Source: Lobosporangium transversale (Eukaryota). Taken from it: a DNA stretch of 35,780 bases. The stretch lies in contig NW_019029006.1 in the NCBI RefSeq assembly GCF_002105155.1, positions 496,001 to 531,780 on the forward strand. Reading direction: 5' to 3'. A model generated the notes under the pieces. The model did not search any database. It was not told the origin of the DNA and saw only the letters and a list, made by a program, of their open reading frames with translations. A program made the position numbers and the translations under genes. The stretch's first letter is position 1; every line of letters starts with the position of its first letter. Shown piece after piece: positions 1 through 10,090 of the stretch.

Positions 1-139
1 GTTGTGTTGATAGATGTAAGTGTGAGCTGTGGGAAGATGTACAGATGCCAGTGCTTTTTGTCCGTCTGAAATTGTTTTTTAATACATGAACAAATAAAAT
101 GACATATACTCAAGTAGGATGCCTATTAATTAGTCATAT

Positions 140-799
140 CTAGATGAGTCCCAAAATCCCACTGCATGTGCATGGGCGCCTTCTACAGTTATAGCAATAG
201 CGCGGGCCGTCAATGAGATCAATTGCTGCCTGCATGCCCTGCTGCTCTAAAGCAAGCCTTATCTTCAAGGCGTTCAGCTCCTCCTCTTCACTAGTAACTC
301 CACCGCGAATAGTCTGAACGTCTTTGTCAATGCGAGTTTGGACATATGACATTAACTCTTTGGCTCTTGGTTCTGCCACCCTAGGGAACTGTGACCGAAC
401 GAATGGAGGCCCTAACCGCATCACTTGGTTAGCTGAATTGAAGTTCTTGCAGGCTGTGTCTGGGTCACTCATTATCTCGGAACGAAGGTAAGCAAGAAAT
501 CCCGCCCGAGTGACCGATGGGCCGTGGGCGTTAAAAATCGTCTCGATCTGAAAAGCCAAAAATTGTGGGTCGTAGACAACGGAGCCAAATTGAACATTAA
601 GCGCAACTTCCTCCTTGGGCAACGTGAGAGAGAATATGACATTCATCTTTTCTGGCTCAAGCAACTGTGTGCCTTTTGGTTCATAGTATGTATCGAGATA
701 GTTGAAATATGCGTCAGAGAATGAGCGCAATGTTCCTGTAGGGTTATACTGATCATCGAGGAGAGGGTATTGAGGCTGCGGACTGAAGCTGTACGCCAT
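140..799 (-). CDS. Uncharacterised fungal protein (219 aa, intronless), DUF7514-like; tandem paralog A with C-terminal CxxC-x3-P-CxC motif
   Basis: Start placed at ATG 799 (MAYSFSPQPQ) rather than 883 because it matches the start of the paralog at 2576. High similarity to 1662..2576 along the length. Motifs LLDDQYNPTGTL...EPKGTQLLEPEKM and PSVTRAGFLAYLRSEIMSDPD recall DUF7514 proteins (recalled similarity, not searched). Confidence 0.85.
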   Translation of the reverse strand: MAYSFSPQPQYPLLDDQYNPTGTLRSFSDAYFNYLDTYYEPKGTQLLEPEKMNVIFSLTLPKEEVALNVQFGSVVYDPQFLAFQIETIFNAHGPSVTRAGFLAYLRSEIMSDPDTACKNFNSANQVMRLGPPFVRSQFPRVAEPRAKELMSYVQTRIDKDVQTIRGGVTSEEEELNALKIRLALEQQGMQAAIDLIDGPRYCYNCRRRPCTCSGILGLI

Positions 800-1661
800 A
801 CTGAAGGTAATCGGGTGCGATTTGCGTGTGTGTGTGTGGAAAAGCAAAGAAGAAAAAGAAATGTCGACTGCTCTGGGCATCATGGAATTTTATGCAAAGC
901 CATGCTCCAAGAAGAGATGTTCTCTCGGCTTGTCTGGCCCGACTTTTCCGCGCCAAGGCTGGGCTGTGCTACAAGAATACATATTGAAGGGAAGACTCAT
1001 TTGATTGTGTTACACCTTCAGGTCAGGTTTTGATGATCGTCACCAATCATTTAATTTGTTTGGCCTCACCCAGTAGATGTGCAAATCCGATTTTGATCCA
1101 AACAGGACATGTTACAAGGGCCAATCGCGTCTCTTATTGGAGGCTTGTTTTTGCAAGTTAATAAGGCTCCAGCTTAGGTATCAACATGGCCGCCTTTTGA
1201 GTTGACTTGCTTTGTAAATGGAGCTTTGTTCTCAGAAATGAAAGCAAGCATCCAAATCAGGCCCATTCGATATTTTAACAGCGTTGATATTACACCATTT
1301 GTGCCTTAGGTGTTTATGCCTAATGGCAAATTAAATACCGCAATACCAAGCATATTGGGAACGAGGCATAAAAAAAGTGCCATGTCATGTAATAGGTGTA
1401 CTGTACTATGTAGACAGAAAACTATATCATATAGTAACAAGATGTCGTCTGTCGTGATAATAAAGAGCCTACTCTTTGTGCTTTTGAACCTCAGTTGTAT
1501 ATTACACTGTAAGGTTGTTTTAATTGGATTAAAACACTGCACGACTGAAGAGTTACACATCATTTAGCAGCATTTTATTCTCTTTTAGTGCATAAAGAGT
1601 ACCCAAGTAGGATTCTCAAAAGTCACGCCGACCGGGACATATTTCTATAAAAGTAGTATCT

Positions 1662-2576
1662 TTAGATGAGTGCTGAAAGTCCGGTGCACGTACATGGGCG
1701 CCTCCTACAACTATAACATACACGTGGGCCGTCAATAAGATCGATTGCTGCCAGGTGAAACTTTTGCTCCAAGGCATATGCTAGTTTCATGGCCTCTAAA
1801 TCAACTTCATTCACTTTTTCGTGCTCGCTTCCATCCTCTTCATCTGTATCTTTGTATCCGTGCTCATCTGTATCTTTGTACCCGTACTCATCTGTATCAT
1901 TGTACTCGTATTCGTCTGTATCATTGTACTCGTATTCGTCTGTATCTTTGTACCCATACTCGTCTGTATATTTGTACCCGTACTCGTCTGTATCGTTAGA
2001 CCCGTACTTATCTGTATGATTGTATCCGTATCCGTCCTCTTCTCCGCTCTCTTCTCCACCTCCTTCACTAGCTAGCCCAAAACAAGCAATATTGGTAGCT
2101 TTGTCAAAGCTAGCTTGGACATATGATGCCAATTCTTTGGTCTTTAAATCTGCCACCCTAGGGAATTGTGATCGGATAAATGGAGAACCTAGTCGCATCG
2201 CTTTGTTATATGCTTTGAAATCCCTTAAGGCTGTGACAGGGTTCCCCATTATTTTGGAACGAAGGTAAGTAAGAAGCCCTGCTCGAGTAACCGATGGACC
2301 GTGAGAATTGAAAACTGTCTCAACTTGATATGCTAAAAAAGTCAAGCCTAAGAGTAGAGAACTGAATGTAATATTGTCTTGGAGCTCTTCCTTGCCTAGC
2401 GCGAAGGAGACTAGAGTCTGCATCTTTTCCGGCTCAAGCAACTGGGTGCCTTTTGGTTCGCAATGCGTATCAAGATAGTCGAAAACTGCATCGGAGAATG
2501 AGCGTAATGTTTCTGTAGGGATATACTGATCATCAAGGAGAGAGAGCTGAGGTTGCGGCTTGAAACTATACGCCAT
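1662..2576 (-). CDS. Uncharacterised fungal protein (304 aa, intronless), DUF7514-like; tandem paralog B with an acidic Tyr-rich 8-aa repeat insertion
   Basis: Full ORF colinear with paralog A apart from an ~85-aa acidic insertion. Same N-terminus and same AAIDLIDGPR-x-CYxCRRRPCTC tail. Confidence 0.85.
   Translation of the reverse strand: MAYSFKPQPQLSLLDDQYIPTETLRSFSDAVFDYLDTHCEPKGTQLLEPEKMQTLVSFALGKEELQDNITFSSLLLGLTFLAYQVETVFNSHGPSVTRAGLLTYLRSKIMGNPVTALRDFKAYNKAMRLGSPFIRSQFPRVADLKTKELASYVQASFDKATNIACFGLASEGGGEESGEEDGYGYNHTDKYGSNDTDEYGYKYTDEYGYKDTDEYEYNDTDEYEYNDTDEYGYKDTDEHGYKDTDEEDGSEHEKVNEVDLEAMKLAYALEQKFHLAAIDLIDGPRVCYSCRRRPCTCTGLSALI
1840..2031. repeat. Coding minisatellite, 8 x 24 bp (consensus TCRTCTGTATCWTTGTAYYCGTAY on +), encoding YGYKDTDE-like octapeptides on -
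   Basis: Units start at 1840, 1864, 1888, 1912, 1936, 1960, 1984 and 2008, read directly from the sequence. Confidence 0.95.
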
Positions 2577-3765
2577 ACTGAAGGTAACTAGGTGTGGTTT
2601 GCGTATGTGTGCGTGTGAAGAAGCAAAGAAGAAAAAGAAATATCGACTGCTCTAGGCCTCCTTGCTTCGCCATAAAAAGACACAAGAAAGCCACGTTCCT
2701 GAAAGTCTGGAAGAGATGATCTTCGGTTGAAAACTTAAAATTTATGGGTCTAGCCCTTCTTTTTATGCGATCACCTTGGTCGACAGGTAGATGCGTCCTA
2801 AAATAAATATCGAGGCTTTTACATGGTTCATTCTAACAAGCCCGAACTGACTTTCTCTTCTCCAGCGAGGCTTGTCTTACCACCTTTGAAATACCAATGC
2901 TTCGCCTTTCTCTGAGAGAATAACTTTAGCTTGGGTGGCAAAGATTCTTAGATCAACGAGTGTAAGCAGAAGATGTCGTAACTAGAGCCGGAAAGCACTG
3001 AAGATCGAGCCTTTCTCAAATCAATAAGGCTACATTTCACAAGTAATTGATATGAATCAGACGCATTATCCTTCAAGATACGTACTCTAGTTACACCCAG
3101 TTAGCAAAGGAAGAACCGTCCAAGTAGTTTCTAAAGACCTTGGCGGATTACAAACGGGACTTGAATGTACTCAGTTCTAACATTACAATCCGCAATTAAG
3201 CTGTTTACAGACATGTTTAATACTACCTACCTGAGTTGAAAGTAACGAGACAAGACTTAAGATACAGCCATATCGAAGGCTAATGTAAGGATCCCGCGTA
3301 TGGGAGCAAGCACTTTGGGAACACCGAAGTATTCTAGAGAATTAGCATTGGTCATGCAGGAGGCTTCATACGCGATCTAAATGCGCGTCCTATCTTTGAA
3401 CTATTCTTATATAGAACTACACTCGTGGATGGGCCTCCAGCACTTGTTGCGCAACCTCAGACGTGAATGTAGTTTGTGTCCCGGATACGGTGTGACATTG
3501 CTACAATGCCCACGCATCAGTGCATTATAGTAGTTTGAAGAGCCATCCATTACCACAGAGTCGTGATTCTCAACTACCATTATCACAGACAGAAACAACC
3601 ATTCAGGTATCGTTGTTGTATTTGCAGGGATGATCAACTCCAACCTGTCTCACCTCATATTTATAAGTGCTGTTGTCAACGCTGATGTAGTCTCGGTCAC
3701 TACTTGCAGTAAGACGTTTTGATACGAGGTGAATTTTTTTAAAGACTAAACTGATCGCACTTTTT

Positions 3766-3802
<37 letters not shown>

Positions 3803-5416
3803 AGTTGCAATCCTAGTTCATAAGCCAAGTGCAAGCCAGCTTTATCAATACGACAGTCAATCGCGTTTGGTTTTAGAGCAATCGATGGTGACGTTATTCT
3901 TTATCCTTAGTATATATGCTTTACGCACCACCAGATACATGGTCCGTATTATGGTCAAGTTATTTTCTTTACATTTGTACATGTATATAATATGCCATTG
4001 CTTTTTTGGTTTCAAAACCCGATGTGCCTTGAGTAGCACTCTTACTTTATTCCTTGAATACAAATTATCATTATCGCATACAAATGATCCCTTGCATGTT
4101 TGTTATTGCTCCATTGTTCCTCATTTCCCTCTAATTACTATTCATCTGTGCTGTGAATGTTGAGCTTGGAGTGCCCGTTCAAACATGAAAAGAATCTGCA
4201 ATTGTATAACATTGAGGACGTTCACAAAGCATGTGTAATTGGTTCCACAGCTCCTTTGTTTTTTTCTTAGTATCATGGCCTGAATAACGATGGTTAGGTA
4301 CCCTTTCTCACTTTTGCAAAAACACTACCTCATTTCTACACACTTACTTTCTCCTTAATTTTTATAATGCCTTCCTTATTACCATTGCACCAATCCTTTT
4401 CTTTTTTGTCCCTTTTCAACTATTCAATGTTCCTGCGCACAAAAAAAAGATGAATTAACAATGAACACATGCAAGAGCCAAAAATGAAATATAGCTTCCA
4501 CCTCGTACCTGATTTTTAAATTGTAACTTGTGCACCAGAATACAAATATACAAATTTGTCTGAATGTGTTCCAAGGTAATTTTTATTTATACATCTAGAT
4601 ATATATATACAAGTCTCTGAGAAAAGCGCTTGTTAATCATGGTAAAAATGATTTTATTTTATTTTTTGAGAACTTGCACTAAAGATTTGGGCTGTGATCC
4701 ATTTGTGTGACATTATATAGGGCTCATGATGTCTCAGGGATCAGGGTCAGGGACAAAGTCAATTTTTTGTATTCGTGGAGGGACAAGAAATCATTGTCAG
4801 CTCCCAGGATCATCAAAGAGCAATGGTTCCATCGTGAATAATAAAATAATATTGCGTTTTTTTTTTTTTTTTTTTTTTTTTTGAGTTGCCGCACCCTATT
4901 ACGCGCGTTTTTTTTTATCACCTTTTTTTTGAGCATTTCTTGTTAAAACGAATTATTACACTGCCTTCAAACCATTTGTCGACTGCTCAACACTAAATAC
5001 CCAATACATTTAATATATCATCTTATCTATTGATGGTTATAAGGGTATAAATGTGCAAATTATACATATACGTACGAGTCTCTGGAAAACAGCCGTGCTT
5101 TTTAACAAACTATAATATCTACATTTGGTAAAGCACCCATCTCTGTCTGTTCCTTTTATCCATCCTGGATATTTTGAAGAAAAAGGATCTCATTAGCGTG
5201 AAGTATAATAGACTGTCATCATGATGTGACCTATTCTTCAGTGTATCACGCTATAATATATATTTACACTTGTTTGTTCGTTATCAAAGACTGTATAAAA
5301 GCTCACGTAATAGTAAAGAGTGCTTATTTTGCCTTGCCCTGTTCATTTTGGGAGAGACGAGACACAAAGGAGGCAAATTTTCTTAATTAATAACAAAGAA
5401 GAATCTTTGACTTTTA

Positions 5417-5472
<56 letters not shown>
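5417..5472. repeat. T13 run immediately followed by an A43 run
   Basis: Read directly; the longest homopolymer in the window. Confidence 0.9.
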
Positions 5473-5474
<2 letters not shown>

Positions 5475-5948
5475 TCGGACATGGACGGATAGCTAAGTGA
5501 AATAGACTCATAAAGATCTGTTGAATAAAGCCTTGGTAGGGTACCAAAGAGATAGAAGGATAACAGAAGGGCAGGCATGGCAAAGTCATTTAATAAAATG
5601 CTCACAACCAAATTCTGCTTTATTAATAAAGCTAATATTGGAGCATAGAAGCATAGCCCTTAGATGCAGGAACATATTAACACATTTAATAGAAAGCATT
5701 AACAGCGTCAGCATCAACAAAAAAGAGATGTGCATATTTATACCATGTCTACTTAGAATTAAAGATTTGGTAACACAGGTCTCTTTAATACCCTTGAGGG
5801 ACATTCGAGAGAGAAATTCAGAAATCGTGCCTGTATTCCGTTGAATGGTGTTTACAGTTGTTTCAAATAGAGCAGAAATGTTCTGGTGGGCGAATTCAAG
5901 TGTCAATGGTATTTGAATTGATTATGATGCTGTGACTCCACGTTCCCT

Positions 5949-6016
5949 TGAGAAACTTAGTGTTGCATTGACCCTGGTGAGAAACTTAGTGTTGCATTGA
6001 CCCTGGTGAGAAACTT
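5949..6016. repeat. Perfect 29-bp tandem duplication (2.3 copies of TGAGAAACTTAGTGTTGCATTGACCCTGG)
   Basis: Copies start at 5949, 5978 and 6007 (partial). Confidence 0.95.
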
Positions 6017-6454
6017 GAAAACGTTTTGTCACTATATCTACTAAATGAAAAGTGGAAGCGTATGGGTATCATATTCGTATGCATTCATAGTGAGGTAGTA
6101 TTAATGGATGGTCAGTGTATGTTAGACCTGCAATCTCTTGATTGAGAAGAGGCAGTTCTCATTCCTGAGCTTTTGTATTTGAATATGAGGGTCGACAAAA
6201 AATATTTGCTCTCAACCATCAACATCTTGCATTGAATAAGGACAAGGCAAATGGAATGCCTGGACCATGGAAGCATACAAAATATCTGCAAGTTCAAAGT
6301 TATTTTATACATTCATAAGCAAGCTCTCATGTGTGCTCTCTTTTTCAGATGAATGGGAGAATGGTATGATAGAATGAATGAAAACACGAAACATCCCCTG
6401 TTTTTCTTGATTCGACCAAACGTCCCTCCACACCTCATCCCTAAAACTATTTGG

Positions 6455-6462
6455 TATAAAAG
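6455..6462 (+). promoter_or_regulatory. Candidate TATA box of the subtilisin gene
   Basis: TATAAAAG fits TATAWAWR, lies ~190 bp upstream of ATG 6654 and is followed by a pyrimidine-rich stretch. Confidence 0.5.
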
Positions 6463-6653
6463 GGAGCTGCTTCTGTCACTTTTATTCATTACTCTCACTT
6501 TCTCTTCCACATCTTTCCCTTTGGACTAAGAAAAAATCCATCACAGCTTTTACAGCAACCCCACACAGCCTAAACAAGGAACAGAAAAACACTGTCCACG
6601 CACTACTTTTTTTTTTTTTTTTTTTTTTTTTTCTTCTTCATTTTCAATTCATC

Positions 6654-7865
6654 ATGAAATATCTCTCCCTACTCGTTGTTGCCTGTTTGGCTTTCACCAC
6701 CTCCTCAGTTGAGGCTGCCGCTCCATTCTACGCCAATGGTGCCGGCACAACCGCAGTCCCCGGATCGTACATTGTTGTCTTGAAGGATGGTAGCACTAAG
6801 TCATTTGAGCCCAAGTTCAATTCACTCGCCAATCGTCCCCGCACCAATGGCCGCAATGGCCAAAAAGGTCGTCCTCCTCACATCAACCACAAGTTCCAGG
6901 CGATCTCTGGATATACCATTACGATGGACTCTGATGATGACTTGAATGATATCCTCAACATGGAGGAGGTTGCATATGTTGAACGGGATTCTATCGTTAC
7001 CATTCAGGCTACTCAGGTCAACCCTCCTTCCTGGGGTCTTCCTCGTGTCTCTCAGCGCAAGAGCTTGATCAACCTCAAGACCTCTTACCTCTTCCCTAGC
7101 AAGGGTGGCGCTGGTGTCACAGCATACATCGTTGATACAGGCATTAACGCTGCCCATAAAGATTTCGGTGGCCGTGCCAAGATGGGCGCCAACTTCATCC
7201 GGGGCTCCCCTAACACAGACCAGAACGGTCACGGTACCCACGTTGCTGGTACCATTGGCGGCAATGTCTTTGGTGTAGCCAAGAAGGTTCAGTTAGTCGG
7301 TGTCAAGGTCCTGGGCGCCGATGGATCTGGCTCCACATCTGGTATTGTTTCTGCTCTTGATTGGATCATCGATACTAACAAGGGTAAGAAGGCTATTGTC
7401 AACATGTCTCTCGGTGGCGTAGCATCTAAGGCCATGAACGATGCAGTCGCTCGTCTCTACAAGGCCGGCATTCCTATCATTGTCGCTGCTGGAAATGATC
7501 CAAAAATCAACGCATGTAACACCTCTCCCTCAAGCTCTCCTCGTGCTCTCACTGTTGGTGCCTCCGATAGCCGTGACAGAGTTGCTTCCTTCTCTTCTTT
7601 CGGCAAGTGCGTCAAGATCTTTGGACCTGGTGTTCAAATTACCTCTGCTTGGATTGGTAGCAACACTGCCAAGAACACCATTTCAGGAACTTCGATGGCT
7701 ACCCCTCACGTTGCTGGTGTCGCTGCCTTGTACTTTAGCGATGCCAAGATTAAGACCCCATCTCAACTCTACAAGGCTATCCTGTCCGCTGCCACCAAGA
7801 ACGCCGTCAAGGGTGACCTCCGCGGTGCTGCTAACCTCCTGGTCTTCAACGGTGGTGGAAAGTAA
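6654..7865 (+). CDS. Secreted subtilisin-like serine protease (S8, proteinase K subfamily) with signal peptide and I9 propeptide, 403 aa, intronless
   Basis: Hydrophobic N-terminus; I9 hallmarks PGSYIVVLK and VAYVERD; catalytic motifs IVDTG, HGTHVAGTIG and GTSMATPHVAG; oxyanion motif AAGN. Mature enzyme predicted to start near 7008 (ATQVNPPSWGL). Confidence 0.97.
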   Translation: MKYLSLLVVACLAFTTSSVEAAAPFYANGAGTTAVPGSYIVVLKDGSTKSFEPKFNSLANRPRTNGRNGQKGRPPHINHKFQAISGYTITMDSDDDLNDILNMEEVAYVERDSIVTIQATQVNPPSWGLPRVSQRKSLINLKTSYLFPSKGGAGVTAYIVDTGINAAHKDFGGRAKMGANFIRGSPNTDQNGHGTHVAGTIGGNVFGVAKKVQLVGVKVLGADGSGSTSGIVSALDWIIDTNKGKKAIVNMSLGGVASKAMNDAVARLYKAGIPIIVAAGNDPKINACNTSPSSSPRALTVGASDSRDRVASFSSFGKCVKIFGPGVQITSAWIGSNTAKNTISGTSMATPHVAGVAALYFSDAKIKTPSQLYKAILSAATKNAVKGDLRGAANLLVFNGGGK

Positions 7866-8201
7866 AAAAACTCATCCACATGCCATAAATCATACGAATC
7901 ATTTGATTAGAGTGCTAGATCGGACCCTCATTTTTCTTTGTATGATATGAACAAAATGTAATAAAAGCATGAAGGGATAGACTTCCCTTTCTAAAACAAG
8001 TCCAATGAATCCATGTTCCTAAATCAACTTAGTAATGTAATAGAATCGAGATTCAAAGTCCAAATGCCTGTTAGTAAACTAATTGGTTTATTAAATTTAA
8101 GGACTTGCTTTTTGACTAAAATGTTGAAAGTTGAAACATTTGTCTCAAACACAAACAAAAACCCTAAAACGATTTGATCGAGGAGGATGGACACGGACGA
8201 A

Positions 8202-8951
8202 CTACCGTTCTTTTGCTGGTAAACACATGAAAAAGTATACACTCACAGAAACCATGTTGTATTGCATAAATATACTGGCGGATAAACAATCGTGCTTCGA
8301 CCGTTTGAGTAATTGCAATAGGCATTCACAAGTGCTCGGGATGTGCAGTGAATCTTCAATAGGCTTCTTCTCCTGCTTTTGGGTAGTGAGACTGACAAAT
8401 AAAGGTGGAGGCAAATGATGTTTTTTCAACGAAAGCAACAAAAAACCTTTTTCAAACCATCGCAAAATAAATAAAAAATAATGAAAGATCTGAGTCTTCA
8501 TCCCAAAAATATCCTTGATTCTATTGAAGGCCAATGCGCTGGCATTCAATTTATGAGATAAGTCCATGGAGAGAATCCCACACCCCGTCAGACGATCTGC
8601 GTTCTAGTCATGCAAATGGATGAGAGGGCCTGATTGATCCAACAGGATGTAAACATGAGGACTCAGATTCAAGTTCAGGCACCTTTGGAACTTTACAGAT
8701 TTAAAATGAGTAATCAATTCAATTGCCTCTTCAGGATGATAGAGCCTATGCGTTTTAGCTGTGTCTTATAAGACAGACCAAAGTCTGTTCAGTCGAGGGA
8801 TGCTCTTGGCCAAAGGAATTTTCAAATCCAATATTAGATCCCAGCATTTTAGGTTACGATCGAATGGGTGTATGTGTTTGCTGTCGAGCAACAGTCCATT
8901 GTCAGGATTCCTAGGGCGGCTGAATCTACAAATAAAGGCATTCGCAATTTT
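8202..8951 (-). pseudogene. Possible decayed coding sequence of unknown origin
   Basis: One minus-strand frame runs 250 codons with only two internal stops (TAA 8768-8766, TAG 8606-8604) and includes the 121-aa ORF 8202..8567. No family recognised. Confidence 0.3.
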
Positions 8952-10090
8952 CTAATAACATGGCATTGGAGAGTTTGGTCAGTAGTAACAATCATTATAG
9001 TTAAGTAAATACTTATATTTTAAGGATAGAGTAAAGACATGCTTTTACATCTTTCTAGACTGAATAGTTAGGAATGCGGATAGGCAGTTGATCTCTGATC
9101 TATGAAATAGGATAGCCTGTAGGTGACCATGAATACGTGTCGTAGACATGGCAAAACGCGCTTCCGAAACCACACTTGATAACAAATTAATGCATGGATC
9201 GTGCGTCGATGCACACTAAAGAAGAAAGGATGATGCAGACATACAGCTGTAGGGCTGAAGGCTGAAGGGCAGCGGGACGGGACGAGGAGCGGGATCACCT
9301 TCCATCACTTTGCTTACATATCTCATAAACATGTAGTATGACATAGTCAAAGAAAGAGAAAAGGAAGGGGAAAAAAATATGGGCCACATTCATTTTACAC
9401 AATGTGTTGACCGTTGTTGGGAGCATGTTCGTTATGCTTCACTTAATTCCATATTCCTTAAAGGACTCAATTTTTATCTTTCCACAACATGTGGCATTTT
9501 GGACACTGTTACAACTGAACTGCATTGTGTGGTCTTGTTGCACAAAGCCCCCCTATTTTCGCATTCATTTCCTCACCTATAACTTTTTTTATCTGTAAGC
9601 CCAACCTCACCTTTCTCACTCTCTTTACTTTTCTTTTCACCACGTTTCTTTCTTTTTTTTTTTTTGTGTGCCTGTATTTTTGTCTGTATTACACTGTATA
9701 CAGTAGGTACATGTCAGAGCAATGAATATCAAAGTGTATAAACCCTGCTGACCCACTGAAACCCCTGTTTCTTCCAAATCTGTATGCGTTTCTGTGTACA
9801 TGCATTGTCACCCACACTCCTGACTTCTTCCCCACTCATCTGCTTGTTGACGTCTCTCCTTATTTGTCATCTGTTTGCTGGATCATTGAGCAGCCATTTT
9901 TCACCCCTTTCATTTTCCTTTCCTTTTCTTTACCTTACACCTTTTCCCTCCTACTTCTTTTCTACTTGCTATCTTTCCTCAAGCCGCTATCTTACGCATA
10001 CCAAGATCTTTTTACTTTTACTTTTCTTTCTTTTATTTTAATTTTGTAATAACAACCAAAAATAAAAAGAGCCATTACCGTTCAGAGACT

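Noticed and set aside
800..883. Upstream ATG extension of the first ORF (247 aa)
   Set aside because: The homologous stretch upstream of paralog B is not part of its ORF, so this is better read as 5' UTR.
1840..2031. CRISPR-like appearance of the 24-bp repeats
   Set aside because: Units are contiguous with no spacers, lie within a eukaryotic CDS, and there are no cas genes.
1745..2075. Four overlapping ORFs with repetitive translations (VLICI.., YPYSS.., IQTST.., HLYLC..)
   Set aside because: Alternative frames of the stop-poor 24-bp minisatellite. Only the 1662..2576 frame is supported by the paralog.
2660..3660. Possible decayed gene between paralog B and the A34 run
   Set aside because: Only short protein-like fragments with frequent stops; no recognisable family.
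4588..5105. Degenerate ~50-bp direct repeat (TTATACAT...TACRAGTCTCTG...GCTTKTTAA) at ~4588 and ~5060
   Set aside because: Short, gapped and AT-rich; no LTR or TSD hallmarks and could be chance.
5473..5860. Minus-strand frame with RRM-like fragments (ISLSNVP...YKYAHLFFVDADAVNAF)
   Set aside because: The frame has about ten stops and the RNP2-RNP1 spacing is short. It cannot be told from chance without a profile search.
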